DNA of 64,000 nt, taken from Mobula hypostoma. Its lineage: Eukaryota. Made by a program: the position numbers and the translations under genes. A model generated the notes under the pieces. That model had not been told where the DNA came from. It searched no databases and saw nothing but the letters and a program-made list of their open reading frames with translations. The stretch covers positions 35,094,001-35,158,000 of the forward strand of contig NC_086108.1 in the NCBI RefSeq assembly GCF_963921235.1. Reading direction: 5' to 3'. Below, one piece after another: positions 1-12,959 of the stretch. Every line of letters starts with the position of its first letter. The first letter of the stretch is position 1.

Positions 1-183
1 GATTGAAGGGAAGAAAGCAAGAGGAAGACAAAGACAAATGATGATGGAGACAGCAGCCAGAGAACTGGAAATGAATACCAATGAATTGATCCACTTGACC
101 GGTAACAGGAGTGTGTGGGCCATGGCAGTCAAAGCTCAAACTGGGCATGGCAGCTGCTGATGATGATGATGATGATGATGATG
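1..183 (+). mobile_element. RTE-clade LINE 3' end with (TGA)n tail
   Basis: Frame from nt 2 reads IEGKKARGRQRQMMM...NRSVWAMAV...*, like the RTE/BovB C-terminus (IEGxRxRGRQ...DRxxW); the stop runs into a (TGA)n tail at 158-183. Confidence 0.8.
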
Positions 184-489
184 TTTTCTAACTGTAAATA
201 CCTCAGCATAACACTTCATGGGCAGAGAAAAGTCTCATAAAAAAGACAAAGGCTCGCAGAGAGGCTAGCTTGAACTATAAATGGCCATTGCTTAGGATGC
301 TCTGGGAAATGTGCATTGTTCTTATTCAAGATAAAATTGAACTCATAGAGGAAAAGGAAAAACTAAAATGAAAATCTGAAATGATGATTGAGAGGTTATA
401 ACTGCCCCAAAAGATTGCATGTTTGTCGCCCACTAAAACTGCTAATGTTGAGGAATGATTTATTAGTGGTTTAAAATTACGTAGTGTTA

Positions 490-793
490 GAGTCATAAAG
501 ACATATATCACAGAAACAGACCATTGAGTCTACTGTCTACATTGACTATCAGGCACCAACTTACAGAAATCCTACTAATCCCCACAATCCTATCAACTGC
601 CTTCAGATTCTATCTACACACCAGGGACAATTTACAATGGCCAACTCTCTGAGATGCGAGAGGAAACCAAGGCACCCGAAGGAAACACAAGCGGTTACAG
701 GGAGACTGTACAAACTCCCTGTCACTTTACTGGTCGGCAGGCTTGAACCCAAGTTGCTGGATCTGTAAGGAAGCAGTTCTACTACCAGCACCT
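490..793 (-). mobile_element. V-SINE/HE1-like tRNA-derived SINE, degraded
   Basis: ggaaaccaaggcacccgaaggaaacac...acagggagactgtacaaactcc is the V-domain (reverse complement); B-box-like gggttcaagcc on the minus strand. Confidence 0.7.
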
Positions 794-2042
794 GAATAGA
801 AGTAAATGCTTCCACTTCCTGAGGTCAACAAAACCAAAGGCCATAATACAAGAGAATACAATAAATCCAAATGGAAAACCTTATCCAGGGAGGGATTAGA
901 AAGTAATAATTAATTTCAAAGGAGTGAGTGAGTGAGGCAAATAGTAAAGATACAATTACATGGAGATGTGATAATTTCATGAGAGCAATATATATATAAA
1001 TGTACATATATATCTACATACACAAGGATCCTGATTGTTTGAAGATGAAAAAAAGTGAAGAAAGTTCATATAAGAAGAAAATGACTCTCAGGGTTATATA
1101 TGGTGACATATATGTACTTTCATAATAAACTTACTTTGAGCTTTATAGTGCATAAATGTTGACATGGAACAGTTGGGCTGAATGTCCTATTTCACTGCTG
1201 TACCTGTTAAGAAAATCTATTCACTTTGGACAATACTTGGATTGTGCAAAGAAAACACAATCTGTTCGATATGTTGGTGACTAGATGTCACCACCCCTGT
1301 AGCAGTCAGTGGCCGTGAAGACTGCTTTGGCAGTAGGTGTGGCACCCTGCACACTATTGGTAATGTATAAGGGAGGAAGCTGGCTGACTGATTTTTGTAA
1401 AGGCGTTAGTACTTTTCACAACATTATTTAAAGGCACACAACCAGATTTGTTTCAAGCTTCTCACCACCCCTGCCATTTTGGGGGCTAAGACCTAATGGT
1501 TACATTTCCTAAGCAGTTTGTGGGGCCTCCTCAACTTCTAAATATGTTGCTGCTTTGTGACAGCACTCCAGCCTACACTGGGTGATTATACATTTATTAT
1601 AATCTTAAACCGTTTAATGTCTGCAACCTATTTCAATGTAATCACTACCACCTCCATACACTCCACTGTGATTAGCAGATTGCAGGTTGTCATGACTTAT
1701 CTTTCTCTGCAGGGTCATGGGCCATAATTTACAAATCATGAGTCTGTAAACAGTATTGCAGCTTCTAGTAAAAGACATATTGCATTGTTTCCTTGGAGCT
1801 ACGCAAAAGTATGAATGATTACTGTTAGGGTTATTAGGTTGCTTTCACTTTGATAAGACGAGCGGGCTCTCTTTGTAGCAGAAATGGAATAAAAATAGTG
1901 CTATCTCTGAATGTTAAGTGCTTGAGGATCTGCTTCTATGCTATATGCCTTAATATCAAGTCTAGCACTACATAATTATAAACCAAAATTAAGTCATTCC
2001 TCGTTAACATATTCCTTATGTTAAAAACTAGAGTTCTTAATC

Positions 2043-2345
2043 ATTGGTCCAGAATATGAATCTGAACCCCACTAAAGCAGCTAAGAAATAAGTACTTAAA
2101 TATGGAATTTGAAAAAAAATAGCTCGTGCCAGTTATGTTGACCATGAAACCGTTGAATTGTTGTAAGTGCTCTGATTCACTAATGTCCTTCAGGAGAGGA
2201 AATCTGACATTTTAGTTCCGTCTGGTTTATAAATGATTCTTGCCTCACCATGCAGCTCTTAATCAGCTCCTCAGTTCAGGGGCAACTGAAAATAGGAAAT
2301 AATTACTGCCTTTCCCAGCAACATTCATATCCTCTAAGTAAATAA
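2043..2345 (+). mobile_element. Old chondrichthyan SINE remnant
   Basis: gaccatgaaac...ttcactaatgtccttcaggagaggaaatctg...ctcagttcaggggcaact motifs recalled from shark SINEs. Confidence 0.5.
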
Positions 2346-2361
2346 ATTCAACCTAAAAGAA

Positions 2362-2595
2362 GAGAGTGTAGTGAATCTCTGGAATTCTCTTCCCTTGAGG
2401 GTGGTGAAGACCAGATCATTAGATATATTTCAGGTAGAGATAGATTTATGTCTGAAAGATCAAAGAATTGAGTGTTGTGGAGAACCATCACAGAAGAGCA
2501 GTTGAGGCCAGGTCAGCTTGTCCAGGATCACATTGAGAGGTGGAACAGGCTTGAGGGACTTGTAGGCCTACTCCTGCTCCTGTTTCCTTGTGTTG
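2362..2595 (+). mobile_element. CR1 LINE 3' fragment, degraded
   Basis: gtgaatctctggaattctctt (VNLWNSL) and the 3'UTR motif ggcctactcctgctcct. Confidence 0.8.
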
Positions 2596-3092
2596 TTGTG
2601 GAAGGTCTTGGGTTTGAACCTGGCCTGTACTTTGTTTAATCTTTGCACAGCAAATCATTGACTAAAGAGGTTCTTCAGCTAAGGTTGAAGGTATGATCTT
2701 CATCTTTTACACTGATGGTCCCTCACTGAGAAAATGTGTGTGATTGTGTGCCAATGTTTTAATCAACCCTTCTCCCACTGTCCTTCTGCAAGTATTTGTC
2801 TGGTGGGGTGATACAGAATTGCAACTGATATTGAATGAGGGCTCAGTGAATTCGCAAGCCTGACATTGGTGAAGATGTTTTGTCTAGCAGATACAAATCA
2901 AGCCAATTAGATGCCTTTAATGTGAACCCTTTTGGTCCAGAGGAACAACAGGGCAGAATTCAGGCAAACAGCTGTTGGAGAATGGATTATTGTTGTGAAA
3001 TTATCTAGAAACCAATTTCTGTGGGATACCAACAGAAGGAGGAAGAGTGGACAGAGACTGAAGACCACAACAGTGAGGACTGTGAAGATATG

Positions 3093-3737
3093 CTGGAAAT
3101 GGTTACATCCCGACACGCGGGACAGAAGCAAGGTCGCATTGTGTATTCCACGGACCAGCAAATACCGGCCAGTTTAGCGAACAGAGTGGTGGACACCCCT
3201 GCTGAAATCCGGAGGAAAACACACAGAGGATGCAGAGGGGGATCACAAAGCTGAGGAAGGAGGACCAGGTCGAGACAACAGAGACTTATGGAGAAGAGGA
3301 GCTCGGTGGGTAATACTGTTCTGGCTGACCGGAAGTGCACTGAGAGCGGTAAGCGTAAAGGAGTTGGGTGCTTACTGATCTGGTTAACAACGGATGGTGC
3401 AATCCGGGGCATATTACGATCGAGGAACGTGTTTGCATACTGGATATTGAACTTTTTACTGTTGGACTTCGGCCACGTTCTACCGTGATACAACACTTGG
3501 TGGCATGGGAGGTCGTTCCTGCCTGTGGCCATTGAACGTGCAGCTCCTCCTGTGGAGGGTCAGACACCCTGAGCCAATAGACTGGTCCTGGACTTATTTC
3601 CCATCTGGAATAGTTTGCATTTTGTTGTTTGATTGTTGGGGGGTTTTGTATTGCTATATTTACGCTCTATTCTTGGTTGGTGCGGCTGTAACGAAACCAA
3701 ATTTCCCTCGGGATTAATAAAGAATATCTATCTATCT
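3093..3737 (+). mobile_element. Internally deleted non-autonomous Rex1/Babar mini-element
   Basis: ATATG TSD at 3088-3092 and 3738-3742; ORF N-terminal piece, endonuclease pieces, then a 3' end shared with the 8781-9603 copy; (TATC)n tail. Confidence 0.8.
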
Positions 3738-4924
3738 ATATGTTCAAGGAAGGAAGAGGAGCGTTTACAGGTTTGCATTGAATCGGTGGGCCAGACCACA
3801 TTCAGTGAAATTAATATGCCACAGTTGTCACTGACTTCATCAAGACCTACTTGACTAGTCTGTGCCTTCAAGAACATACCAACAGAACCAAACCAGAAGC
3901 CGTGAAAGAACCAGGAGCTTCACAGTCTTTAAGGGCTAGATCTGCGGCATTCAAAACCGGCAATCCCGAAACCTACAGGAAGTCAGGTATGAGTTATGAA
4001 AGGTCATTGGAAGAGCAAAAAGGCAATTCCATATAGTTAGAGACACAATTAGATGTATTACAGCTGTGCCAGTGTTCGTACGCCCTTACTTCCTATAAAT
4101 GGCAGTGATGCCTTGCTCCCCGATGTATTCAACGTCTTTTATGTTTGCTTTGAAAGGGAAAAGCAAACTACATCTGTGTGAATTCCCACAGCATCTGATT
4201 ATCCTGTGATCTCAGTCTTAGAGGCCAACGGCAGAACGCCCTTCATGACAGTGAACACTCAAAAGACATTGGGCCCTGATGCTGTACTTGGCAGTGCACC
4301 AAAAACCTGTGCGGACCAACTGGCTGGAGTGCTTAGGAATGTCTTCACCCTCTCACTGTTGCAATTGGAGTTTCCCACCTGCTTCAAAAAGGCATCAGTC
4401 ATACCAAGAAGAGTAGGGTGATCTCTATCAATAATTATAATCCAGTAGCTCTCTCATCTACTGAGATGAATGCTTTGAGAGATGCCTGAGCACAGACCTG
4501 GACCTGCTGTATTTTGCCTCACAGGTCTACAGCTGATACAATCTCATTGGCTGTTCACTCTGCTTTGGACCACCTGGACGACAACAAAACATATCAATTT
4601 ATCGATTACAACTCAGCATTCAACATCATCTCCCAGCTAATCAACAAGCTTCAAAAGCTGGGCCTCTGTAACTGGTTCCTTAACTTCCCAGTCGGGACGA
4701 CAGTCAGTGCCAGTCAGTAATATCATCTCCTCCTCTTTGACAATCAACACAGCAACATTTTAAGGACGCCGCTTAGCCCAGTATTCCACTCTCACTACAC
4801 TCGTGTCTGTGTGGCTAGGCACAGCTCGAACGCCAGCTATACCATTTGTTGATACCACTGTGCTGGCGGAATCTGAATACACAATGAGGAGACATTCAGA
4901 AGCAAGATAGATTGGAGAGTTGAG

Positions 4925-5216
4925 TATTATTAAGTATTAAGGCATCCATTAGTCTTGCGAGAGTCTTCACTCTCTAGGGCACAGGCCTGGGCAAGGTTGT
5001 ATGAAAGACCAGCAGTTGCCCATGCTGCAAGTCTCCCCCCTCCACGACACCAATGTTGTCCAAGGGAAGGGCACTAGGGCCGATACAGCTTGGCACCAGT
5101 GTCGTCACAGAGTACTGTGTGGTTAAGTGCCTTGCTCAAGGACACAACACGCTGCCTTGGCTGTGGCTCGAACTCAGGTCGCTAGTCGAATGCCTTAGCC
5201 ACTTGGCCACATGCCC
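4925..5216 (-). mobile_element. CORE-type tRNA-derived SINE inserted in Rex1
   Basis: Minus strand: A-box tggccaagtgg, B-box gagttcgagcc, CORE motif gtgtccttgagcaaggcacttaacc (5121-5145). Confidence 0.75.
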
Positions 5217-6609
5217 GTACGTGGTGTCACAGCAACAAATTTACACTCATCTAAAGCAAGGCCAAAGAATTAATTGTGGACATTACGAAGGGGGAGTAAG
5301 GAGATCATGCACCAGTCATCATTGAGAAGGCATGCCAACAGCTATGCAGTATTAGGAATTTTAGGAGACTTTTATATCACCAAAAACTCTAGCAAATTGC
5401 TACAGGGCGTACCACGGAGAGCATTCTGACTGGCTGCATCACCAATTGAATGGAGGCTCCAATACGCAGGGTTCAAAAATGCTGCAGAGGGTTGTAGGTT
5501 CAACCACCTCCATCATGGGCACAACCATCAGATCATCTTTAAAAGGTAGTGCTGCAACAAGGTGGCATCCATCATTAGACCCTCGCCATCCAGGAAATGA
5601 AATGCCCTGTTCTCAATACAGCCATCGGGGAGGAGGTACAGGAGCCTGAATACCCACAGTCAACCTTTTCAACACAGCTTCATTTCCCTCCGCCATCAGA
5701 TTTTTGAATGGTACATCAATCCAGGAATGCTACTTCACACTTACGCTTTAGCACTATTTATTTATTTGTAACTTATGGTGATTATTTTATGCCTTACACT
5801 ATGCCAGTGGCACAAAGCCACAACGTATGTCAGTGATAATAAACCTGATTTCTGATTTTCTAAACCAGCACATAAAATTTATTACAAGTGACAAATAAAT
5901 ATGCATGTGCCTGTTCCAACTTCATAAGTGTTTGAATTAAAACTTGACAACTCTGTATTTTTATTAAAGACTAAATAATTCAGTTCAGTTACTGTACATA
6001 AATCTGCTGTCACTGAGTGCTAACAAATGACAGGAAGGTTATTTAGTTTGATAGGATCTGATAGTATCTATTTAGTCATCAAATTGAGAAATTTACAGCA
6101 GTGCGCAGTGTTCCTGATGACAATTGTCTGCACTGTAGCCAGACGAACAACGACATCAAACAGTTTAATAACAACCTTTGGTACAATTAATTACACTGAG
6201 TCAGAGGAAGATTACCTCAGTGTTATTTAACGTGCATATTATACTAATAACTTAGTAGTTAAGTAGGGGACGATTTGTTTATTTTTCAAGGCATTGCAGT
6301 AACATTGACAATAGTTGTCAGGCTCACATTCAACGATAATTGTCTGCTGAAGAAGTGCCTTTCTTTGACCCTGTCAGCTTTATGTTCCGACTGCCATCAG
6401 CCTCCTCTCATTCTTTTTCCGTTTGTTTTTGTCCCTCTGTCCTTTTCTATCTCAATGCTCACCCACACCTGCTGCTCACCCACCTCTTCCTCTCTCTCTA
6501 CATCCTCTTCTTTCAGCTCTTTGACTCTCCTTTTGTGAGGGCCTCTTCGGGGATTGTGTTTGCATTAACTATCTCAAAGAAACTATTTTGTTTATTGAAA
6601 ATGTCAACT

Positions 6610-6720
6610 TCAGAACCAGAATCAGGTTTATTATCACTGGCATCTGTCGTGAAATTTGTTGTTTAGGGGACAGCAATGCAATACATAAAATATATTATAA
6701 ATTATAATAAGAAAAATTTG
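6610..6720 (-). mobile_element. Rex1/Babar-type 3' tail
   Basis: tcagaaccagaatcaggtttattatcactg is the reverse complement of the tail at 5830-5860. Confidence 0.65.
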
Positions 6721-6794
6721 ATATAAATATATAGAATATATATACATACATATAAATGTGTGCATGTATGTATATTTATATATTATATACACAT

Positions 6795-7430
6795 TAAATT
6801 CCATTTAAATGGGTCATTAGTTAATCGGGGAAGCTGCTTATTTGGACAACTCTTAAAGAACAAAAGCTAATCGAGAAAATAGACAGGTTGTCTTTGTTTA
6901 TTTGGCACACCTTGCCACTTAATTGGGACAGGAGTCTGTTCCATAGTTTCTAGCTAGCGTCAGTCATGTACATTTGTGTAGCTGTTAGACACTACACTGT
7001 GCTAAGAGAGAACAGTTTTAAAATAGTGTCAGATGCATGTGTTTGTCTTCAAAAAGCAGTTCCATCACTGATAGTTGGTAAGAAATAAACAGTAAGAGAA
7101 TTCAGAACTGTTTTGCTCACTGCGGTTTCAAGCATTCAGGCTTGGAGATGCCAGAAATGCTGGGAGTGGAAATGAAACAATTTCCCTACTTCAAGAAGTT
7201 ATGAAGAATTTGAAGGTATTAACAATCATCCTGAATGTTACAATGAATGATGAAGATGCAGTTGTTGAATTCATAGAGTGACGTAGTCCATTGTCTGCAC
7301 TGGTATTGTTCATGCACAGTCAATTCAAAGAGCATGGCAGCGTTAACTGGATGAATTCATCCATCTATAACAATTACAAACAAATGCACACTTTTATAGT
7401 GCTGTAGTAGTATTGCTAGTGTTCTAACAT
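6795..7430 (+). mobile_element. Tigger/pogo-derived non-autonomous DNA transposon remnant
   Basis: ~7067-7157 reads TDSW*EINSKRIQNCFAHCGFK, matching the end of the DDE_1 domain (W...TI.NCF..GF). Confidence 0.65.
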
Positions 7431-8139
7431 CTGATGATTTCTGTGCCTGAGATCAGGTAGAGTGTAATTGAGCCCTGGGACAGAATTGGTGGAAGAAATA
7501 AATTTCTTTCAGTGAGTAGCTTTACTGGCATGTAAAAACAAACAAAACAGTATTCCCATATTTCAATTTCTAGTAAACTCTGAGAAGAGCTAGGATAGGT
7601 AGTTCATGTTTTCTTGAAATGATACCATAGATTGTAATGTATAACATAAACATAAGCAAAAGCTCTATAGGATCCTATATTTGTTTATGCTTCTGTTAAA
7701 CTTCCCATTTGTAGTGGCATGTAGAAGTGTTTGGGATGTGGATGTACACCAGCATGGAACAGTAAATAGGCAGTCAGTCCATGGAGAACCTGGCCCAGAG
7801 GTACTTACACAATTAACTGGAAATGCCCAGCTCAGTCTTGTTTTATAAATACCATTGATTGCTTAGTTGTTTTACAACCTTTAATGCAATCTTTTCAAGG
7901 AAGCAGAAACTTGTGGCCATTTGCTGCTAACATGGAGCACCACCTGCCCAGCACTAAATTCTATTGTGAATCATGTCGAAACCACTTCAGTGCCTGGTAA
8001 TGCAGACCCCAGCAAAATAGTTCTGCTCTGTGACTAAGAAATTGCATAAAATATTGTTGATCCAGGTAACAGTAATTTAACTGCAATCCAATGTAATCGT
8101 CTCAATCTTGCTGGTTCCAGTCTTACTTGAGCAATACAG

Positions 8140-8415
8140 TGATCCTATGGCTATTGCTGCAATACCTTCAGTGACCAAGGTTCGTTTCTGACTTCTGACT
8201 GCTCTGTTTGCCCATTCTCTCCTTAATTGTGTGGCTTTCCTGTGGGTGATCCAGTTTCCTCTTGCATCCCAAGGAGTGCTGGAATGCTAAATTAGCTGCT
8301 ATGAATTATCACTGGTATAAATGGTTTAGCGAAATAAGTAGGGAGTAGGACAGATGGGATTGCTTTGAGAGCTGGCACTAACCCTTAGAGCCAAATGACC
8401 TAATTCTATATCTGA
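8140..8415 (+). mobile_element. V-SINE/HE1-like SINE, degraded
   Basis: B-box-like ggttcgtttc; tgtgtggctttcctgtgggtgatccagtttcctc V-domain. Confidence 0.6.
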
Positions 8416-8780
8416 GAAACATATAAATAATGATATTGTAAACATATAAAAATTAAAATATAATGACTTTGGCTTGTAGTATTCAATCACAATAACAGTC
8501 ATAGGTGAAACATGACTGGCAATTGTTTTTATGTTGGTTAAATTTATTTTATGTATTTCCAGTGCTGAGGGCATTTGGTAACATTTATTGTTTTTATTGG
8601 TTAATAACATTAGTTTGTTTTTAATTTTTTTTGCATTTAAAATCCACTGATCCTCTGTCAGGCTGCTTTCTTTCTGGCCAAATAATCCTAACAATCTCTG
8701 ATCTCTTTTCCAAATCAGCTTCATTCATACAGTTGTTTTTCTGTCTTTCTTACTGTTAATGATACCTCTTCTTTCTGCCT

Positions 8781-9603
8781 CTGAGTACAGGGCTACGGTA
8801 GGAAACTTTGTCACATGGTGTGAGCAGAATTATCTGCAGCTTCATGTGAAAAAGTCTAAGGAGCTGGTGGTAGACCTGAGGAGAGCTAAGGTACCGGTGA
8901 CCCCTGTTTCCATCCAGGGGGTCAGTGTGGACATGGTGGAGGATTACAAATACCTGGGGATACGAATTGACAATAAACTGGACTGGTCAAAGAACACTGA
9001 GGCTGTCTACAAGAAGGGTCAGAGCCGTCTCTATTTCCTGAGGAGACTGAGGTCCTTTAACATCTGCCAGACGATGCTGAGGATGTTCTACGAGTCTGTG
9101 GTGGCCAGTGCTATCATGTTTGCTGTTGTGTGCTGGGGCAGCAGGCTGAGGGTAGCAGACACCAACAGAATCAACAAACTCATTCGTAAGGCCAGTGATG
9201 TTGTGGGGATGGAACTGGACTCTCTCACGGTGGTGTCTGAAAAGAGGATGCTGTCTAAGTTGCATGCCATCTTGGTCAATGTCTCCCATCCACTACATAA
9301 TGTACTGGGTGGGCACAGGAGTACATTCAGCCAGAGACTCATTCCACCGAGATGCAGCACAGAGCGTCATAGGAAGTCATTCCTGCCTGTGGCCATCAAA
9401 CTTTACAACTCCTCCCTTGGAGGGTCAGACACCCTGAGCCAATAGGCTGGTCCTGGACTTATTTCATAATTTACTGGCATAATTTACATATTACTATTTA
9501 ACTATTTATGGTTCTATTACTATTTATTATTTATGGTGCAACTGTAACGAAAACCAATTTCCCCCGGGATCAATAACGTATGACTATGACTATGACTATG
9601 ACT
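8781..9603 (+). mobile_element. Young 5'-truncated Rex1/Babar LINE
   Basis: Open RT C-terminus (YKYLGIRIDNKLDW, RLYFLRRLRSF, KSFLPVAIKLYN) and (ATGACT)n tail. Confidence 0.92.
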
Positions 9604-9675
9604 CCCTTGTCGCTATCTATCAGAACCCCTTTGAAATGCTTTTAGCTATTTTCTTACATTATAAACACCTCTCAA

Positions 9676-10011
9676 GGGCTGGCTGGTGGTGCGATGACAT
9701 CAGCGGCAGACTCCGGGACGAAGGTTCCCGGGTTCGAGTCCAGTTGAGGCCACTCCCGAGTATGCTTACCATCCGTGCCAGGTTGAGTGTTGAGATGGCA
9801 ACTCGACCTTGTAAAACAAAGGGAAAAATACTGCGAGATGTCTGTGTGAGGAGTGGTGTGCCATGCAGTCTCTCTCTCGCTCCGAGCCTTGTAAAAGCAT
9901 GAAAAAGACATTGTCCCGCTAACATCGCACGTGCACGCACGGACGGACGCATGCACGCACGCGCAGACGCACAAGCACAGATGCACACGCATGCACGCAC
10001 ACGCCAAAAAA
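9676..10011 (+). mobile_element. tRNA-derived SINE with poly(A) tail and 13-bp TSD
   Basis: TSD aaacacctctcaa at 9663-9675 and 10012-10024; A-box-like tggtgcgatga, B-box ggttcgagtcc; (GCAC)n tract before the poly(A). Confidence 0.88.
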
Positions 10012-10034
10012 AAACACCTCTCAACATTACCCTA

Positions 10035-10135
10035 ATACAGGGTTTTGACCTGAAATGTCAACAATTCCTTTAATCCTACAGATGCTGCTTGACCCACTAA
10101 GTTGCTCTAGCAGTTTGGTTGTTGCTCCAGGTTCA
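10035..10135 (+). mobile_element. Penelope pseudo-LTR remnant
   Basis: gggttttgacctgaaatgtcaac...gatgctgcttgaccc, a degenerate version of 17429-17500. Confidence 0.6.
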
Positions 10136-10814
10136 AGCACAAGATTTTCTTGTGACTCCAAACTCTTTCCTGCTGTGTGGTTCACCTGCCCGCTTTGCAT
10201 CATTACTCTATATAACTCCAATTCTTTTCTTTGCATTATTTCTCTTTTCTTAATTGCCCTGATATTGTAAGTTGCTGCTTTTAAATGGATTTCACATTTG
10301 TCGAGCTGTATTAGATCACACCTTGTCTGGATTACAAATGATTACTGATTTTTGTCCTGAGGTGGTATCTGTCTACATTTCAAGGACGATGCAGTATATC
10401 AAGCTAGTAGGTTGGAAGTAACAATATTGTAAGAGTCGAAGTGCAAGCTTACTTTTTAATATGAAAATAATGTTATTATTCCTTCCTTCTGCCCTTTAAT
10501 ATGTTGCAATAAAATAATTCTCTTTAAAAAGTTTACATCCTAATGATATTTTGTTAAGTAAAGTGATATATAAAGTCAAGAATATATGTCCAGCAAAAGC
10601 TCATAGCGAGATCAGATACCCTATAAATACACATTATTGAAAATTAAGGATTCAAGTATATTTATTATCAAAGAATATATGCAGTATAGAACCCTGAGAT
10701 TTGTCTTCCTGACAGACAGTCACAAAACAAGGGAGAGCCACGAAACCAATTTGTTCAAGGAAAAACATCAGTCTTTTTGACTTTGAATCTTTTAATTTGT
10801 GTGCTGTAAAATCT

Positions 10815-11170
10815 TAGAGTGGCCTAGATAGAGTGGTCTTGCAGAGGATGTTCGTAGTGGGGGAGTCTAGGACCAGAGGGCACCACTTCAGAATAGAGGG
10901 ATGCCCATTTAGAACAGAGCTGAGGAGGAATTTCTTTAGCCAGAGGGTGGTGAATCTGTGGAATTCATTGCCACATACAGCTCTGGAGGTTAAGTCATTG
11001 GATATACTTAAAGTGGAGGTTGATAGCTTTGTGATTAGTAAGAGTGTCAAAGGTTGTGAGGAGAAGGTAGGAAAATGGTGTTGACAGAGATAATAAATCA
11101 ACCATGATGGAATGGCAGAGCAGACTCAATGAGTTGAATGGCCTCATTCTGCTCCTATGTACTATGGCCA
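10815..11170 (+). mobile_element. CR1 LINE 3' fragment
   Basis: ESRTRGH...RRNFFSQRVVNLWNSLP plus CR1 3'UTR. Confidence 0.9.
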
Positions 11171-11779
11171 GATGGTCTAACTTATTTCACCTGCTCCCTT
11201 ACTTGGTATAGAATAAACATAATAAAAAGAGAATACTAGAGAGGAACATTTCATTTGTTGGACCAAGAAGGAGCCAAGAGCTTAGTCTTGCTCCTGAAAT
11301 GTTGAATCTTTGCATACATGCCATTAGGAAAACTATGAATGCAAGTCTCTCACTCACCTTCTCCGCTACTGAAGAGCAAGTTACTGACGACCTTTACAGA
11401 AGTAAAGAGGAATTCAGTTAAACTGAAAATAATTCAAAATTGTTTATTGTCATTCGTCAGTACACAAGTATAAAGGAGAACAAAATGATTGTTACTCCAG
11501 ATCTGATGCAGCATAGAAAAACACAGTAACCTTCAAGAACACAGTAAAAACACCATAAATATAAACACATAAGATTAGCTTATATAAACTAATTGTATGT
11601 ACATAAAGTGACATTGTCACCTTATGAAACAAACTATCTTTGTGTAACAAAATTAAAAACAAAGTTATTGTAACCAGCTTAGTTGACTTTTTACAGAAAC
11701 AGTTTTCAATTATTATTCATTTTGCTTCTCCACCTAAATCTGTTTGTTATTGATGAACCAAAAACATATCTCACATTTA

Positions 11780-12276
11780 TGGTTGTCCATCGTATCTGAC
11801 GATAACAGGAAACCTGTGAGGGAGAGTTTTTAAAGTGGAAATGCCATTGCACAGGCAGTTCCACTGTCTTGACCTCAGAAGTCCGGGTTCAGTGCTACGA
11901 ACAAGCGTCACAAATTGGGCTCTTCTTTGGTTGCAGTGGACAACCATGACGTCGTCCGTGCCTTGTCATGCCCTTTGCCTCCAAAGGAGCACTGCAGTAC
12001 CACCTTCCTAGTCTTTGGATTTTGCTGCAGATCATCTACCGGAGCTGACGTTTCATGCTAGGTCAAGCATATTCCTATCTCACTGGGGTATGAGGCCGTG
12101 GGCTGCCCTGCCTGTCAAAGCGGTGTGTGGGGCCGTGGCTGCTGTCGCATGCAAACAGCTACTTGGAGCCACGGGTGAGAGCTGAGTGTCCAGTGGGGAC
12201 CAAAGGAGAGTGAGCTGCCCCAGAATGGACACGACAAGCCCGTTCACCGGAGGTGCTGCCCTTCCCTGAACACCCC
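11780..12276 (-). mobile_element. Non-autonomous RTE-derived element (probable)
   Basis: GC-richer block with RTE 5'UTR-like sequence; recognised as an interspersed repeat from memory only. Confidence 0.4.
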
Positions 12277-12282
12277 ATGAAC

Positions 12283-12670
12283 ATTTATATAATTCCTTTA
12301 ATGTAACAAAGTATCTCACAGGAGCATAAGGAAACTAGGATCTGACATGGAACACCTATAAGGTAGATGATCAAAACTTGGTCATAAAGCTAGGCTTATC
12401 GAGTATCTGAGAGGGTGAAAGAATTAGACCAAGAAGAAATTCCAGAGCATTCAGTGGTGGGTCAATCGGAACTGGGGACATCCAGACTTGGAGGACTGCA
12501 GATATCATGGAAGACAATGGGTTTGGAGGATATAACAGAGAGAGCAAGAAGTGGAGCAACTGAAGGGCTTGGAGATAGAGAAGGGAATTTTAAAGTTGAG
12601 GTGGTACATACGTAGGTAAGCAAGTGCAGTTTGGGCACAGGTGAGGGTACAAGTTGCAGAGTTTAGAATG
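12283..12670 (-). mobile_element. L2 LINE 3' fragment, degraded
   Basis: atttatataattcctttaatgt..gatcaaaacttggtc..gaaattccagagc..gggaattttaaagttgagg is the reverse complement of an L2 3' end. Confidence 0.6.
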
Positions 12671-12959
12671 GCCAAGTGTGTGCCTAACAATAGTGGATTC
12701 CAGTGGGAGCAAAGCATCGTTAGGATTTCAGCAGTAGACAAGACTGGAATGGATATAGCAACGTTTATGGGACTCCAACTGGACAGCCTCTGTGATGTTG
12801 TTGGGGTTGCCAATGACAACAGTGTTGCAAAGATATAATGTACTCATCAATCCCATTTATTGAAACACTGCAGAAATTCTATATCTGACAAAATTAAATG
12901 TATTATAAAAGACTTTACATGGAAGCAGAGGTTTTTGTTTTGGAATCACAGGTAGTGTG

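Larger units (their letters stand above)
3052..5860 (+). mobile_element. Old Rex1/Babar LINE (RT region to 3' tail), interrupted twice
   Basis: Fragments QRLKTTTVRTVKI|SRKEEERLQ, RARSAAFKTG, CADQLAGV, FPTCFKK, RSTADTISLA, FIDYNSAFN; tail gataataaacctgatttctgatt. Confidence 0.85.

Noticed and set aside
9676..9752. tRNA gene
   Set aside because: It has A/B boxes but no convincing cloverleaf; it continues into a SINE body with poly(A) and a TSD.
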